A stretch of 64,000 nt of DNA from NCBI GenBank assembly GCA_963848295.1, contig CAWKDB010000011.1, positions 1 through 64,000 of the forward strand, written 5' to 3'. A program made the position numbers and the translations under genes. Source of the stretch: an uncultured delta proteobacterium. Lineage in GTDB: Bacteria > Myxococcota_A > Polyangia > Haliangiales > Haliangiaceae. How positions within the stretch are numbered: position 1 is the first letter of the stretch; each line of letters begins with the position of its first letter. Shown here one piece after another: positions 41,678 to 50,631 of this stretch. The notes beneath the pieces were generated by a model that did not search any database, was not told the DNA's origin, and saw only the letters and a program-made list of their open reading frames with translations.

Positions 41678-42313
41678 CTGCACGTCGTCGTCATCACCGA
41701 TCGCCGGTTGTGGGCCGGCGAAGAGCTCGCGAGTCGGGTCGAGCTGATCCTGCGCGCGGTGCCGCGCGGCTCGGTCGCGATCCAGGTGCGCGAGAAGGAT
41801 CTCGATGGCGGCCCGTTGCTGCGGCTCGCCAGGGAGATCGTCGAGGTCGCACATCCAGCGGGCGCGCCGGTGTGGATCAACGGGCGCGTCGATGTCGCGC
41901 TGATCGCGGGCGCGGATGGTGTCCACCTGCCGGAGCGCGGCATCTCGATCGCCGACGCGCGCGCGGTCGGCCCGAAGTTGCTCGTCGGCGCGTCTCGCCA
42001 CACGCCGCCGGCGACCGAACGCGCCGGTGCGGCCGGGTTCGATGTCGTCCAGCTCGGCCCGATCTGGGCGGTGCCGGACAAGGCCGCGCCGATCGGCGTC
42101 GTGGCGCTCGCGATCCGGCGTTCACTTCCGGAGACGACGACGCTCGTCGCGGTCGGCGGCATCGACTCTCCCGAGCGTGCACGCGCGGCCGCCGCCGCCG
42201 GCGCGGATGCGGTCGCGGTGGTGCGCGCCGCGTGGCTGAGCCCCGATCCGGGCGCGGCGCTCGCCGCGCTCGTGGCGGCGGTCGACGCCGGCATGGCCGA
42301 TCGCCATCGTTGA
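41678..42313 (+). CDS. thiE: thiamine-phosphate synthase (ThiE/TenI family)
   Basis: VITDR, IQVREK, WINGR.DVA..GADGVHL, GASRH, AVGGI; start unclear. Confidence 0.8.
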   Translation: MHVVVITDRRLWAGEELASRVELILRAVPRGSVAIQVREKDLDGGPLLRLAREIVEVAHPAGAPVWINGRVDVALIAGADGVHLPERGISIADARAVGPKLLVGASRHTPPATERAGAAGFDVVQLGPIWAVPDKAAPIGVVALAIRRSLPETTTLVAVGGIDSPERARAAAAAGADAVAVVRAAWLSPDPGAALAALVAAVDAGMADRHR

Positions 42314-42396
42314 ACCGCGCGCGTTCCGGATCCCGGCGGGTCACCGTCGTCGCGTTGTTGCTTGACCTGCGCGGCGCGTCGCACTAAGCCAGGCGC

Positions 42397-43770
42397 ATGT
42401 CTTGGCCGCTGATCGTCGTGCTCGCACTGGTCGGGCTGATCGCGATCGTCCCGGTGACCCGGCGCGCGGTCGTGCTGTGGTTCGTGTTCTCGCGCCGGTT
42501 GCTGCCGGTGCTCGGCCGCAAGCTCCACCTCGTCGATCGCGAGTACACGACCGCGCGCGCGTTGCGCCTCGCGTTCGAGGACCTCGGACCCGCGTACATC
42601 AAGTTCGGCCAGATGATCGCGTCGAGCCCGACCGCGTTCTCGAAGGCCACCACGGAGGAGTTCGCGCGCTGCCTCGACAACGTCCGCCAGATCCCGAACG
42701 CGCGCGTGTGGCGGACGCTCGAGCAAGAGCTCGGCAAGCCGCCGGCCGAGATCTTCGCGACGATCGACGCGGCGCCGCTCGCGTCCGCCTCGATCGCGCA
42801 GGTCCACACCGCGACCCTGCCGGACGGTGCCGAGGTCGTCCTCAAGGTCCAGCGCCCGGGCGTGCGCGGCCGGATCGAGCAAGACCTCGCGTTGATGGGG
42901 ATCGTCGCGTCGATCGGCAGCGCGGCGAGCAAGCTGCTGCGGCGCGCGAACCTGCGCGGCATCGTCGCCGACTTCCGCACGACGATTCGCGAGGAGCTCG
43001 ACTTCGAGCTCGAGGCCGATCACATCGAGGAGTTTGGCGCGCTACTCGAGCGCGAAGGCCTGACGAAGCTCGCGACCGTGCCGCGGGTCTATCGCGAGCT
43101 GACGACCAAGCGCGTGCTCGTCATGCAGCGGTTCTACGGCTGTCGGATCGACGACAAGGCGGGCGTCGACCAGCGCGTCGCCGAGGTGATCGAGACGATG
43201 CGCGCCACCAGCGAGGTGTTCTGGACCTGCGTGTTCCTCGGCGGGTTCTTCCACGGGGACATCCACGCCGGCAACATCATGATCCTCGACGATGGCCGGC
43301 TCGGCTATCTCGACTTCGGCATCTTCGGGCGATTCTCCGACGTCCATCGCGCGGCGCTCGCGGATTGGGTCGGCGCGCTCGTCTCGGGGAGCGGCGAGCA
43401 GATGGCGCGCGCCCTCGTCGCGATGGGCGCGGTCGGCGAACACGTTGACTGGGACGCCTTCGTCCGCGACTGCACCGAGGCGTTCATTCCACTGCGCGCG
43501 ATGACCGTCGACAACCCCGAGATGCTCGAGGCGTTCTTCCCGAAGCTGCTCGCGATGGCGCGGCGCCACGATCTCAACTTGCCCTCGCAGTTCGCGCTGA
43601 TCTTGAAGCAGCTGACCTATTTCGGCCGCTACGTGATGATCCACGCGCCGCACTACAACGAGAACCTCGATCCGAAATCGCAGCAGACCTTCGTCAAGAT
43701 CTTCTTGAAGTTCAATGCCTGGCGCCAGGGTCGCGGCGATACGGCGATCGAGATCCGGCCGGCGGCGTGA
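42397..43770 (+). CDS. ABC1/UbiB/AarF atypical kinase
   Basis: LGPAYIKFGQ, LASASIAQVH, KVQRPG, ELDF, FHGDIHAGN, LDFG. Confidence 0.9.
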   Translation: MSWPLIVVLALVGLIAIVPVTRRAVVLWFVFSRRLLPVLGRKLHLVDREYTTARALRLAFEDLGPAYIKFGQMIASSPTAFSKATTEEFARCLDNVRQIPNARVWRTLEQELGKPPAEIFATIDAAPLASASIAQVHTATLPDGAEVVLKVQRPGVRGRIEQDLALMGIVASIGSAASKLLRRANLRGIVADFRTTIREELDFELEADHIEEFGALLEREGLTKLATVPRVYRELTTKRVLVMQRFYGCRIDDKAGVDQRVAEVIETMRATSEVFWTCVFLGGFFHGDIHAGNIMILDDGRLGYLDFGIFGRFSDVHRAALADWVGALVSGSGEQMARALVAMGAVGEHVDWDAFVRDCTEAFIPLRAMTVDNPEMLEAFFPKLLAMARRHDLNLPSQFALILKQLTYFGRYVMIHAPHYNENLDPKSQQTFVKIFLKFNAWRQGRGDTAIEIRPAA

Positions 43771-44450
43771 TACGACAAGGTATGCGCTTCGCCGCCGCCG
43801 CGCTGCCCGTGATCGTCGCCGCGTGCTGGACCGACGCGAAGCTACCGCCGCAGACTCCGATCGGCGCGGTCGAACCGACCGCGAAGCGCAAGATCGCCGA
43901 GCCACCCGCGGACGACAGCCCGCCACCTGTCGCGGAGATCACCGGCACCGACGACGGCATTTTTGATCTCGACGACACCAACATCTACGGCGGCCTCGTC
44001 GGCAACCTCAACGGCGGTGCGATCATCAGCGGCGGCACCGGCGCGACGGTGGCCGGCGGCGGCGCGGTGTTCGGCGGGGGCGGCGCCGGCCAGGGCTACG
44101 GGCTGTCGAACACGCAGCCCGGCGCCAAGCCGCTCGTGAAGCTCGGCGTCCCGATGATCTCCGGCCTGTACCTGCCCGAGGTCCTCCGCCGGTTCATCCA
44201 TCGCCAAGTCGCCGCGATGGAGTTTTGCTACGAGCAGCAGCTCGTCGTCATGCCGACGCTGAGCGGAACGATCACGCTGCGGTTCACGATCGGCGCCGAC
44301 GGCAAGATCGCCGGTGCCGCGGCCGACAGTCCGCCCGCGATGCACGTGCTCGCGCAGTGCGTGCAACGCCAGATCAGCGTGATCCAGCTGCCAAGCCCGA
44401 CCGCCGGCGCGGTGCAAGTCATCTATCCGGTCATGTTCTCCGCGCCCTAG
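43767..44450 (+). CDS. lipoprotein with AgmX/TonB C-terminal-like domain
   Basis: Lipobox VAAC, Gly-rich linker, FCYE..L...LSG...FTIGADG...C...YP. Confidence 0.7.
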   Translation: MIRQGMRFAAAALPVIVAACWTDAKLPPQTPIGAVEPTAKRKIAEPPADDSPPPVAEITGTDDGIFDLDDTNIYGGLVGNLNGGAIISGGTGATVAGGGAVFGGGGAGQGYGLSNTQPGAKPLVKLGVPMISGLYLPEVLRRFIHRQVAAMEFCYEQQLVVMPTLSGTITLRFTIGADGKIAGAAADSPPAMHVLAQCVQRQISVIQLPSPTAGAVQVIYPVMFSAP

Positions 44451-45451
44451 CCGCGCGCGATCGCTTCGACGAGGCACGGCAAGCTCGCATCGTAGCGGTA
44501 CGCGATCGCCATGTGGCCGTCGTCGAACTCCTCGTGCCGCACGGCGAGCCCGTGGGCGCGCAGCTTGGTGACGAGCGCACGCGCCCCCCAATGCAGCGCG
44601 AACTCGTCGCTCGTCCCACAATCGATGTAGATCGCGGCGAGCCGGCGGAGGTTCGCCGCGTTCGCCTCGACCATGTTGACCGGATCGACCGCGCGCCAGC
44701 GATCCCAGACCGCCGCGCGAAACTCACCGGTCTCGAGATCGAACGGCCAGTCTATGTGCGCGTGGGCCGCCGGCGCCGCGGCGTTCGGCGAGTAGTGCGT
44801 CGCCATCCCGATCACGTTGAGCGGCTTCATGTGCCGCGTGCGATGGCGATTGTCGTCGGCCCAGTAGCGATCGAGCCATGCCGCTGGTCCACCGGCAGCG
44901 CGATACGCATCGAGTGCGGCGGGGAAGTCCGGGATGTAGCAGAGCTCGAACCCGGCATCGCCCGAGTGATCGGCGAGCGCGCAGAACACGTCGGGCCGGC
45001 GCATGCCGAGCACGATCGAGCCGTAGCCGCCCGACGACTTGCCGAACACGCCCCACCGGCCGCGCGGGACCGTCCGGTACGTCGCATCGACGAACGGAAT
45101 GATCTCGTCGACGAGGTAGTCTTCGTAGCAGCCGGTCCCCGCGCTGTTGAAGTACTGGTTGCCGCCGACGCGGGTAAAGCAGTCCGGCGCGGCGACGATG
45201 CACGGCGGGCACGCGCCGGCCGCGATCAACCGATCGAGGCGACGATCGAGCGGTTCGGCGAGCCGATCGACGTTGAACAGCGAGCCACCGGTTCCGGTGA
45301 AGCCGACGATCGCGAGCAGCGTCGGATAGCGCCGATGCGCGTCCCCATCGTAGCCCGGGGGCACGTAGACGTAGAGGTCGCGCTCGATCGGATCGCCGAG
45401 CGGGTTACCGACGAGCACCCGGCTCGTCAGGCGATGGCGAATAACGGGCAT
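44447..45451 (-). CDS. alpha/beta-hydrolase esterase (Fes-like putative esterase family)
   Basis: NPLGDP, VYVPPGY, GKSSGG nucleophile, IDCG..DEF, FDDGH. Confidence 0.85.
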   Translation of the reverse strand: MPVIRHRLTSRVLVGNPLGDPIERDLYVYVPPGYDGDAHRRYPTLLAIVGFTGTGGSLFNVDRLAEPLDRRLDRLIAAGACPPCIVAAPDCFTRVGGNQYFNSAGTGCYEDYLVDEIIPFVDATYRTVPRGRWGVFGKSSGGYGSIVLGMRRPDVFCALADHSGDAGFELCYIPDFPAALDAYRAAGGPAAWLDRYWADDNRHRTRHMKPLNVIGMATHYSPNAAAPAAHAHIDWPFDLETGEFRAAVWDRWRAVDPVNMVEANAANLRRLAAIYIDCGTSDEFALHWGARALVTKLRAHGLAVRHEEFDDGHMAIAYRYDASLPCLVEAIARG

Positions 45452-45520
45452 GCCCCGAGCATCGCTTTTCGGGCCGCGCTTGCAATCGCCGGGCGTGTCG
45501 GTTACGAGATAGCCCCTACC

Positions 45521-45592
45521 GCCGCTGTAGCTCAGTGGTAGAGCAATGGTTTCGTAAACCATAGGTCCCCGGTTCAAACCCGGGCAGCGGCT
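45521..45592 (+). tRNA. tRNA-Thr (anticodon CGT)
   Basis: Acceptor stem GCCGCTG/CAGCGGC, anticodon arm ATGGT-TTCGTAA-ACCAT, T-arm CCCGG-TTCAAAC-CCGGG. Confidence 0.96.
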
Positions 45593-45683
45593 CGGAACAA
45601 GGTTGCTCGTGCGGCCGGCGACCTCGCATTAAGCTTCGATCGGGACGGGCCGCACTCGCGCAGCGCGATGTTACGGTGGCGCG

Positions 45684-46403
45684 ATGTGGCGGCAACTCGC
45701 GGTGGCAATCGCCTTCGTAGGTGTGACGTCCCCCACCGAATCGTTCGCGTACCGGCCGTTCGATCAGACCGACGCCGATACGGCCGAGGACCACACGATC
45801 GAGCTCGAGCTCGGGCCGCTCCGACTGGACCGCGGCCACGGCTACACCGAGTACGAGCCCGGCCTGGTGTTCAACTACGGATTCTCGCCAGGCTGGGAGC
45901 TCGTGGTCGAGGTCGATGACTTCTCGCCGCTCGTCCGCGGCGCCGACCCGTACGTCCAGGCGGACGTGCTCGTCAAATGCGTCGTGCGCTCGGGGAGTTT
46001 GCAAGACAAGGCAGGTCCGAGCGTCGCGATCGAGCTCGGGCCACTGCTGCCGACCGTGCCGCAGTTGTCCGACGAAGCCGGCTGGTCGACCGCGTTGATC
46101 GTGTCGCAGCGTTGGGCGCCCCTCACCGTGCACGTCAACGCGCAGGTCGAGTACACGCGCGACCGAACCGTCGAGCTCGTCGGCGGCGCGATCGTCGAGG
46201 GCCCTGATCGCTGGCGCGTTCGGCCGGTCGCCGAGGCGTACCTCGAACGAAACGAGGGTGTGAACCTCGAGTCGGGGTTGGTCGGCGCGATCTGGCGGGA
46301 GCGCAAGACGCTGTCGTTCGATGCCGCGGTGCGCGTGTTCCGCGAGAGCGGCGCGACCACCGGCGAATTGCGCGTCGGCGCGACGTGGGTGTTACCGACG
46401 TAG
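45684..46403 (+). CDS. putative outer-membrane beta-barrel protein
   Basis: Signal peptide, YRPFDQTDA, alternating beta-strand pattern, C-terminal RVGATW. Confidence 0.55.
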   Translation: MWRQLAVAIAFVGVTSPTESFAYRPFDQTDADTAEDHTIELELGPLRLDRGHGYTEYEPGLVFNYGFSPGWELVVEVDDFSPLVRGADPYVQADVLVKCVVRSGSLQDKAGPSVAIELGPLLPTVPQLSDEAGWSTALIVSQRWAPLTVHVNAQVEYTRDRTVELVGGAIVEGPDRWRVRPVAEAYLERNEGVNLESGLVGAIWRERKTLSFDAAVRVFRESGATTGELRVGATWVLPT

Positions 46404-46421
46404 CAGCCGCGCCCGCGGTCC

Positions 46422-46472
46422 TTCGTGACCCCAAGAGGAATCGAACCTCTGGCCTACGCTTTAGGAAAGCGC
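46422..46472. repeat. att site (duplicated 3' part of tRNA-Arg, integrase-proximal)
   Basis: TTCGTGACCCCAAGAGGAATCGAACCTCTGGCCTACGCTTTAGGAAAGCGC, identical to 58101-58151. Confidence 0.96.
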
Positions 46473-46544
46473 GGGGCGCGCTCGTTCGGTTAGTTGCCAT
46501 GATATGGCACGGCATGTTTTCTCGACGGCGGCCGGTGGTTTATA

Positions 46545-46597
46545 GGTGACTAGACATGGCGTGATATGCGACGATTGGTGACTAGAATGGTGACTAA
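46545..46597 (+). repeat. integrase arm-type repeats (left): GGTGACTAG, TGGTGACTAG, TGGTGACTAA
   Basis: Copies at 46545-46553, 46576-46585 and 46588-46597; the same motif recurs at the right end. Confidence 0.75.
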
Positions 46598-46618
46598 TCA
46601 CCGCCATCGGAGGTCGCC

Positions 46619-47959
46619 ATGAAGCGAAGGTTCAACGAGAAGTCGGTCGCCGCTCTCGCGCTGCCGCCGGGCAAGGCGCAGCTCGTCGTCTGGGACACCG
46701 AGGTCACCGGGTTTGGCCTCGTGATCGGCAAGGAAACGCGGACGTTCATCGCCGAAGACCGCATCGACGGCGTGAAGGTCCGCCGCAAGGTCGGGACACT
46801 CGGCCGCGTTCGCGACGACGGGTTGCCGTGGAGCGTCCAGCTCGCCCGAGAGCGCGCAAAGGAGCTGCTCGGCGGCATGGCGGGCGGCATGGCGCCGAAC
46901 GGCCTACGCACGCGCGCAGGCGGCCCGACGCTGCGCGAGGCGCTCGACTTCCACGTCTCCAAGATGGAGCGAGGCGAGAACCGCCGCGGTAAGGTTTGCT
47001 CCCCTCGATCGATCGCTACGCTGCGCGGGTGCGTCGAGCTCCATCTCGCTGACTACCTCGGTCGGCCCCTTCTCGGCCTCACTGCCGATGTGCTCGACGA
47101 CATTCGCATGGCGATCGAGCGAGAAGCCGAGCGGATGGGCGGATCGAATCCGGCGAACCCGCCGGGACGTGCGACGTCGAATCGCATTCTCGCCAACGTG
47201 TCGGCGATCTGGCGCTCGTGGCATCGACGGCATGGGCTTCCGGCATCAAACCCCACCGAGCGGTTGATCGCCGGCGCGCTCAAGCCGCGCAACAACCGGA
47301 TCGCGAATAGCGCCCTACCCGCGTGGCACGCGAAGGTGCTCGCGATGAAGAACCACGTCCGTCGCGACCTGCAGCTCGTCGCGCTGTTCACCGGCGTGCG
47401 AACCGACGGCGTGCGCAACCTGCGATGGGACGATATCAACTTCGACGAAGATCAGCTCCACGTCGCGCGAGCGAAGGGCGACCGACCGTACACACTGCCG
47501 TTGGTCGGAACCGTGCGCGCAATCCTCGAAGCGCGGCGTAAGGAGAACGCGAAGAAATTCAAGGAAGACGGTGGCGACCGCGGGTTCGTTTTCCCGACGT
47601 GGGCGCGTGACGGTAAGAAGGTGATCGCGACGGCCGAGGCGAAAGAGCGCTGTAATGTCCTCGACGCGCGCGGGAACCCGAAGCGCACCGAAGACGGCGA
47701 CTACGTGCGCGAGACGTACCTGCCGGGGATCCAGGCGACGCGTAAGACGTTCAACAGCGTGGCGATCGAGATTGGCGTACCGCTCGAAGCGCGTGAGGCG
47801 CTGATGAATCACGAGGGTCACGGCGTGAACGTGAAATCGTACGGCTTCCCGCAGAACTGGGACTACCTCGCCGAGCAAGCCGCTTTGATCGAGGCCGCGC
47901 TCTGGAAGCGGTTGAAGGCGGACCCGAAGGCGAAGCGCGCGAAGCTGCGTGCGGTATGA
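46619..47959 (+). CDS. int: tyrosine integrase with N-terminal arm-DNA-binding domain (P4-like)
   Basis: GGAGG RBS; VWDTEVTGFGL...ARERA arm domain; FTGVR (R), AKG (K), QATR, LMNH, SY. Confidence 0.9.
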   Translation: MKRRFNEKSVAALALPPGKAQLVVWDTEVTGFGLVIGKETRTFIAEDRIDGVKVRRKVGTLGRVRDDGLPWSVQLARERAKELLGGMAGGMAPNGLRTRAGGPTLREALDFHVSKMERGENRRGKVCSPRSIATLRGCVELHLADYLGRPLLGLTADVLDDIRMAIEREAERMGGSNPANPPGRATSNRILANVSAIWRSWHRRHGLPASNPTERLIAGALKPRNNRIANSALPAWHAKVLAMKNHVRRDLQLVALFTGVRTDGVRNLRWDDINFDEDQLHVARAKGDRPYTLPLVGTVRAILEARRKENAKKFKEDGGDRGFVFPTWARDGKKVIATAEAKERCNVLDARGNPKRTEDGDYVRETYLPGIQATRKTFNSVAIEIGVPLEAREALMNHEGHGVNVKSYGFPQNWDYLAEQAALIEAALWKRLKADPKAKRAKLRAV

Positions 47960-47973
47960 GCACATACCGCATC

Positions 47974-48006
47974 ATGTCTTGACATATCGTCAATCCTTGT
48001 TAAGAT
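47974..48006 (+). promoter_or_regulatory. sigma70-like promoter with overlapping palindromic operator(s) for the TA operon
   Basis: TTGACA (47979-47984), 16 nt, TAAGAT (48001-48006); palindromes ATGTC-TT-GACAT and TTGAC-ATATC-GTCAA. Confidence 0.65.
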
Positions 48007-48298
48007 GGACTCGACGATGAGGGAGCCGCTCCCACCGAGTACGGTCAAGCGGCTGCTCGTCGCCATCCTGGCGGGGGGCATACTCGCGTTCACGAAACAT
48101 GCGTACGAGGAGATGGCAAAGGACAACCTGACGGAGATCGACGTGCGCAACACGCTACGCGCCGGCACGGCGAGTCCGGGCGAGCTCGAGCGAGGCACCT
48201 ACCGCTACCGCGTCAGGACGTCGCGCATGGCCGCCGTCGTCGCGTTCCGGTCGGAGTCACATGCGGTCGTCGTCACGGCGTGGAGATTCAAGAGCTAG
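48005..48298 (+). CDS. DUF4258-like (RelE/BrnT-fold) putative toxin
   Basis: FTKHAYEEM..DNLT..DV...L..G...YRYRV...VVVTAW; lies upstream of an antitoxin-like gene; the true start may be ATG 48017. Confidence 0.7.
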   Translation: MDSTMREPLPPSTVKRLLVAILAGGILAFTKHAYEEMAKDNLTEIDVRNTLRAGTASPGELERGTYRYRVRTSRMAAVVAFRSESHAVVVTAWRFKS

Positions 48299-48336
48299 AT
48301 CCCAAACAGCGGACGTAACCCGCGGAGGGAAACAAG

Positions 48337-48882
48337 ATGAAGTGCTTGCCGTGCGGTCACGCGATGACCACCAAACGAGAGAACGTGCCGTACACGGCCC
48401 TTCCGGGGGCCGTGCTGGTCGGCGTGCCTGTGAGCCGTTGCCCGAGCTGCGGCGAGTACGAGGTTGCCATCCCGGCGATCGACGAATTGAACCGCGTGCT
48501 CGCTGCCGCGGTGGTACGCAAGCCGACGCGACTGAGTGGCGGTGAGGTTCGTTTTCTGCGTACGTACCTCGGCTATTCGGGCGCGGACTTCGCCAAGTTG
48601 ATCGGCAGCGATCCGGCCACGGTCTCGCGATGGGAAGGCGACAAACAGCCGCTCGGCCATCACACTGATCTGCTCTTGCGCGCGCTCGTGGTGCTCGACA
48701 AGAAGGTCGACCAATACCCGATTACCAAATTCGCCGAGATCGGCGACGCCGCGGCCGCCACGCTGCGCTACGCGTTCAAGCCCGCGGCTAAGAAGTGGAA
48801 GCCGACGGAATTGCTCGGCCGCGTGAGCAGGCCGTTGTTAGCACTCGCGCCCGATCCCGCCGCTGTCAGGGTGTTGCGGTAG
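48337..48882 (+). CDS. MqsA/YgiT-type zinc finger + XRE-HTH antitoxin
   Basis: CLPC...CPSCGE; LSGGEVRFLRTYLGYSGADFAKLIG...TVSRWE. Confidence 0.8.
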   Translation: MKCLPCGHAMTTKRENVPYTALPGAVLVGVPVSRCPSCGEYEVAIPAIDELNRVLAAAVVRKPTRLSGGEVRFLRTYLGYSGADFAKLIGSDPATVSRWEGDKQPLGHHTDLLLRALVVLDKKVDQYPITKFAEIGDAAAATLRYAFKPAAKKWKPTELLGRVSRPLLALAPDPAAVRVLR

Positions 48883-48998
48883 GGTCTTCGTGTCGCACTC
48901 GGAGGTCTGATCCACCGACGAGCCGGTTCCAACTACCTCGCTGGGCCGGGCGCGGCACCCTTTCAAGGGTCGAGCGCCGAGGGTGAAGCGAGGCACCT

Positions 48999-49637
48999 TT
49001 GGCAGTTCTGAGACCGCCCGAACGACCCGACGCACGACAACCGATCGCTAACAGGCGAAGCGCGACGATCGAGACGCGGCATTGGTGGGACAAGTTCACG
49101 ATGGAGTGGGCGTGGCTCGCAGTGCTGCCAATGGCACAACGACTCGTCGACGAGCGCGCGCGGCACATTCGCGTGTGGAACTATCGCAACGAGCTCGCGG
49201 ACGCGTGCAACGCTGTCGCCGCGTTTCATGGTGACGCCGCGATCCGCGAGCCAGTATTCGTCGAGCTTCATCGCGAATTCCTCAAGGCGGATGCGGAGGC
49301 TGCCCCGTACACGGCGAAGCACTCTGGGCTCGAGACATTTCGCGAGCGAGCGTTCGACGAAGACGACACCGTCGAGAAAGCAGCGCGCACGTTGCTCGCC
49401 CAGCACGGCTTTAGCCCAGCGCGGCTTAGGCGTGGTGCCGAGCGCGACAAGACCGCAGAGCGGCACTCCGTGGCCCTGCGCGAGAAATACGAGGACGAGC
49501 GCGCCGTATGGCAGGGACTTCTTGGTGAGGTGACAGCCGGTCGGCGCTACAACGCGGGCGGCGTCCCATTGACGTCAGCACGAATCGAAAAAATGATCGT
49601 CGCGCTCGATGCAAAGCTAAACGCGCTGCCTGCCTAA
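48999..49637 (+). CDS. hypothetical protein (element cargo)
   Basis: Open frame with natural-looking composition; start uncertain (possibly ATG near 49100). Confidence 0.5.
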   Translation: MAVLRPPERPDARQPIANRRSATIETRHWWDKFTMEWAWLAVLPMAQRLVDERARHIRVWNYRNELADACNAVAAFHGDAAIREPVFVELHREFLKADAEAAPYTAKHSGLETFRERAFDEDDTVEKAARTLLAQHGFSPARLRRGAERDKTAERHSVALREKYEDERAVWQGLLGEVTAGRRYNAGGVPLTSARIEKMIVALDAKLNALPA

Positions 49638-49721
49638 TCAAAAAGGCGGATAGCGAACCGGGGACAGATCTCGATCCTCGCTGTCCGTAGTTCGGATCAC
49701 GCGACTGCCCGACAAAAGGGC

Positions 49722-49952
49722 ATGTCCAAGCGTCAGACCGACGAAGAACCAACGCCGCTAGACCTCGAGCGAGCGGTCGACATCCATGAGGTGTCGGAGC
49801 TGCTCGGTCTCGCCGAGATCACGATCCGGCAACAGCACGCGCGCGGCGTGGGGCCGCGGGCATTCCGCATCGGCCGCGCGATCCGGTGGCGCCTTGCCGA
49901 CGTCCTCGCTTTCCGCGACGCGCGCATGGTCGGAAAGCGAGTGGCGCCGTGA
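49722..49952 (+). CDS. AlpA/excisionase-family HTH protein
   Basis: VDIHEVSELLGLAEITIR....RGVGPRAFRIGRAIRWRLADV. Confidence 0.85.
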   Translation: MSKRQTDEEPTPLDLERAVDIHEVSELLGLAEITIRQQHARGVGPRAFRIGRAIRWRLADVLAFRDARMVGKRVAP

Positions 49953-50158
49953 CCTCGCTCGGTCCGCTCGCGACGATGCTGATCGAGCGTTTGCGTTGCG
50001 CGCTTGCGCTCGTCGACGATCTTGATCCCGCCGAGCAAGATGCGGTGATCGGTGCGCTCGTCAGCGATCTGCGCGCTCGTCGCCCGGTTGCCGTCGCGCC
50101 GCTCGGGGTTCTTCCACCGCCGACGGATCCGATTCGAGACCCGCGAGGTGTGCGATGA
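49949..50158 (+). CDS. hypothetical protein
   Basis: GTGA and ATGA overlaps on both sides. Confidence 0.55.
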   Translation: MTSLGPLATMLIERLRCALALVDDLDPAEQDAVIGALVSDLRARRPVAVAPLGVLPPPTDPIRDPRGVR

Positions 50159-50631
50159 GCAACGACGACGATATCCCGTGGCCGACGCACACCGAGGTCG
50201 ACGAGATCAGTCGCCGCAACGTCGCCGAGGCGGTCGCCGAGGCGGAGCAAGAGCGAGCCGAGTTGATCGACGACGATATGGCCGAGCTGTCGATCGCCGT
50301 CGCCGCGCTCAAGGAGCTGCGCGAGATGGACATGTCGGCGTTTGCGCCGGAAACGCTTGTCGCGATCCTCAAACTCGCTCAAGAGACAATCGATGTCGCC
50401 GGTAGCGTGCGCCTCGATGGGCTGCGAGGACTCGGTGGGTGCCTCGAAGATCTGACACCACGCGAGATGTCTCGCCTCGACGTCTCGAGGCGAGACGAAT
50501 CGACGGCGCGTCAGATGGCCGAGATGCCCGATGATCTCTACGAGCAGGTCAAGACGGGCGCGATGAAGCCGCGCCGCGCACAGCAACTCATCAACCGCGC
50601 TCGCATCCGCGCGATGTACGGGACGCCGTGA
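50155..50631 (+). CDS. hypothetical acidic helical protein (possible C-terminal HTH)
   Basis: Coupled to its neighbours within the replication operon. Confidence 0.6.
   Translation: MSNDDDIPWPTHTEVDEISRRNVAEAVAEAEQERAELIDDDMAELSIAVAALKELREMDMSAFAPETLVAILKLAQETIDVAGSVRLDGLRGLGGCLEDLTPREMSRLDVSRRDESTARQMAEMPDDLYEQVKTGAMKPRRAQQLINRARIRAMYGTP

Noticed and set aside
46422..46472. Second tRNA-Arg gene
   Set aside because: Only the 3' part is present (no D-arm or 5' acceptor strand); it is the att duplicate.
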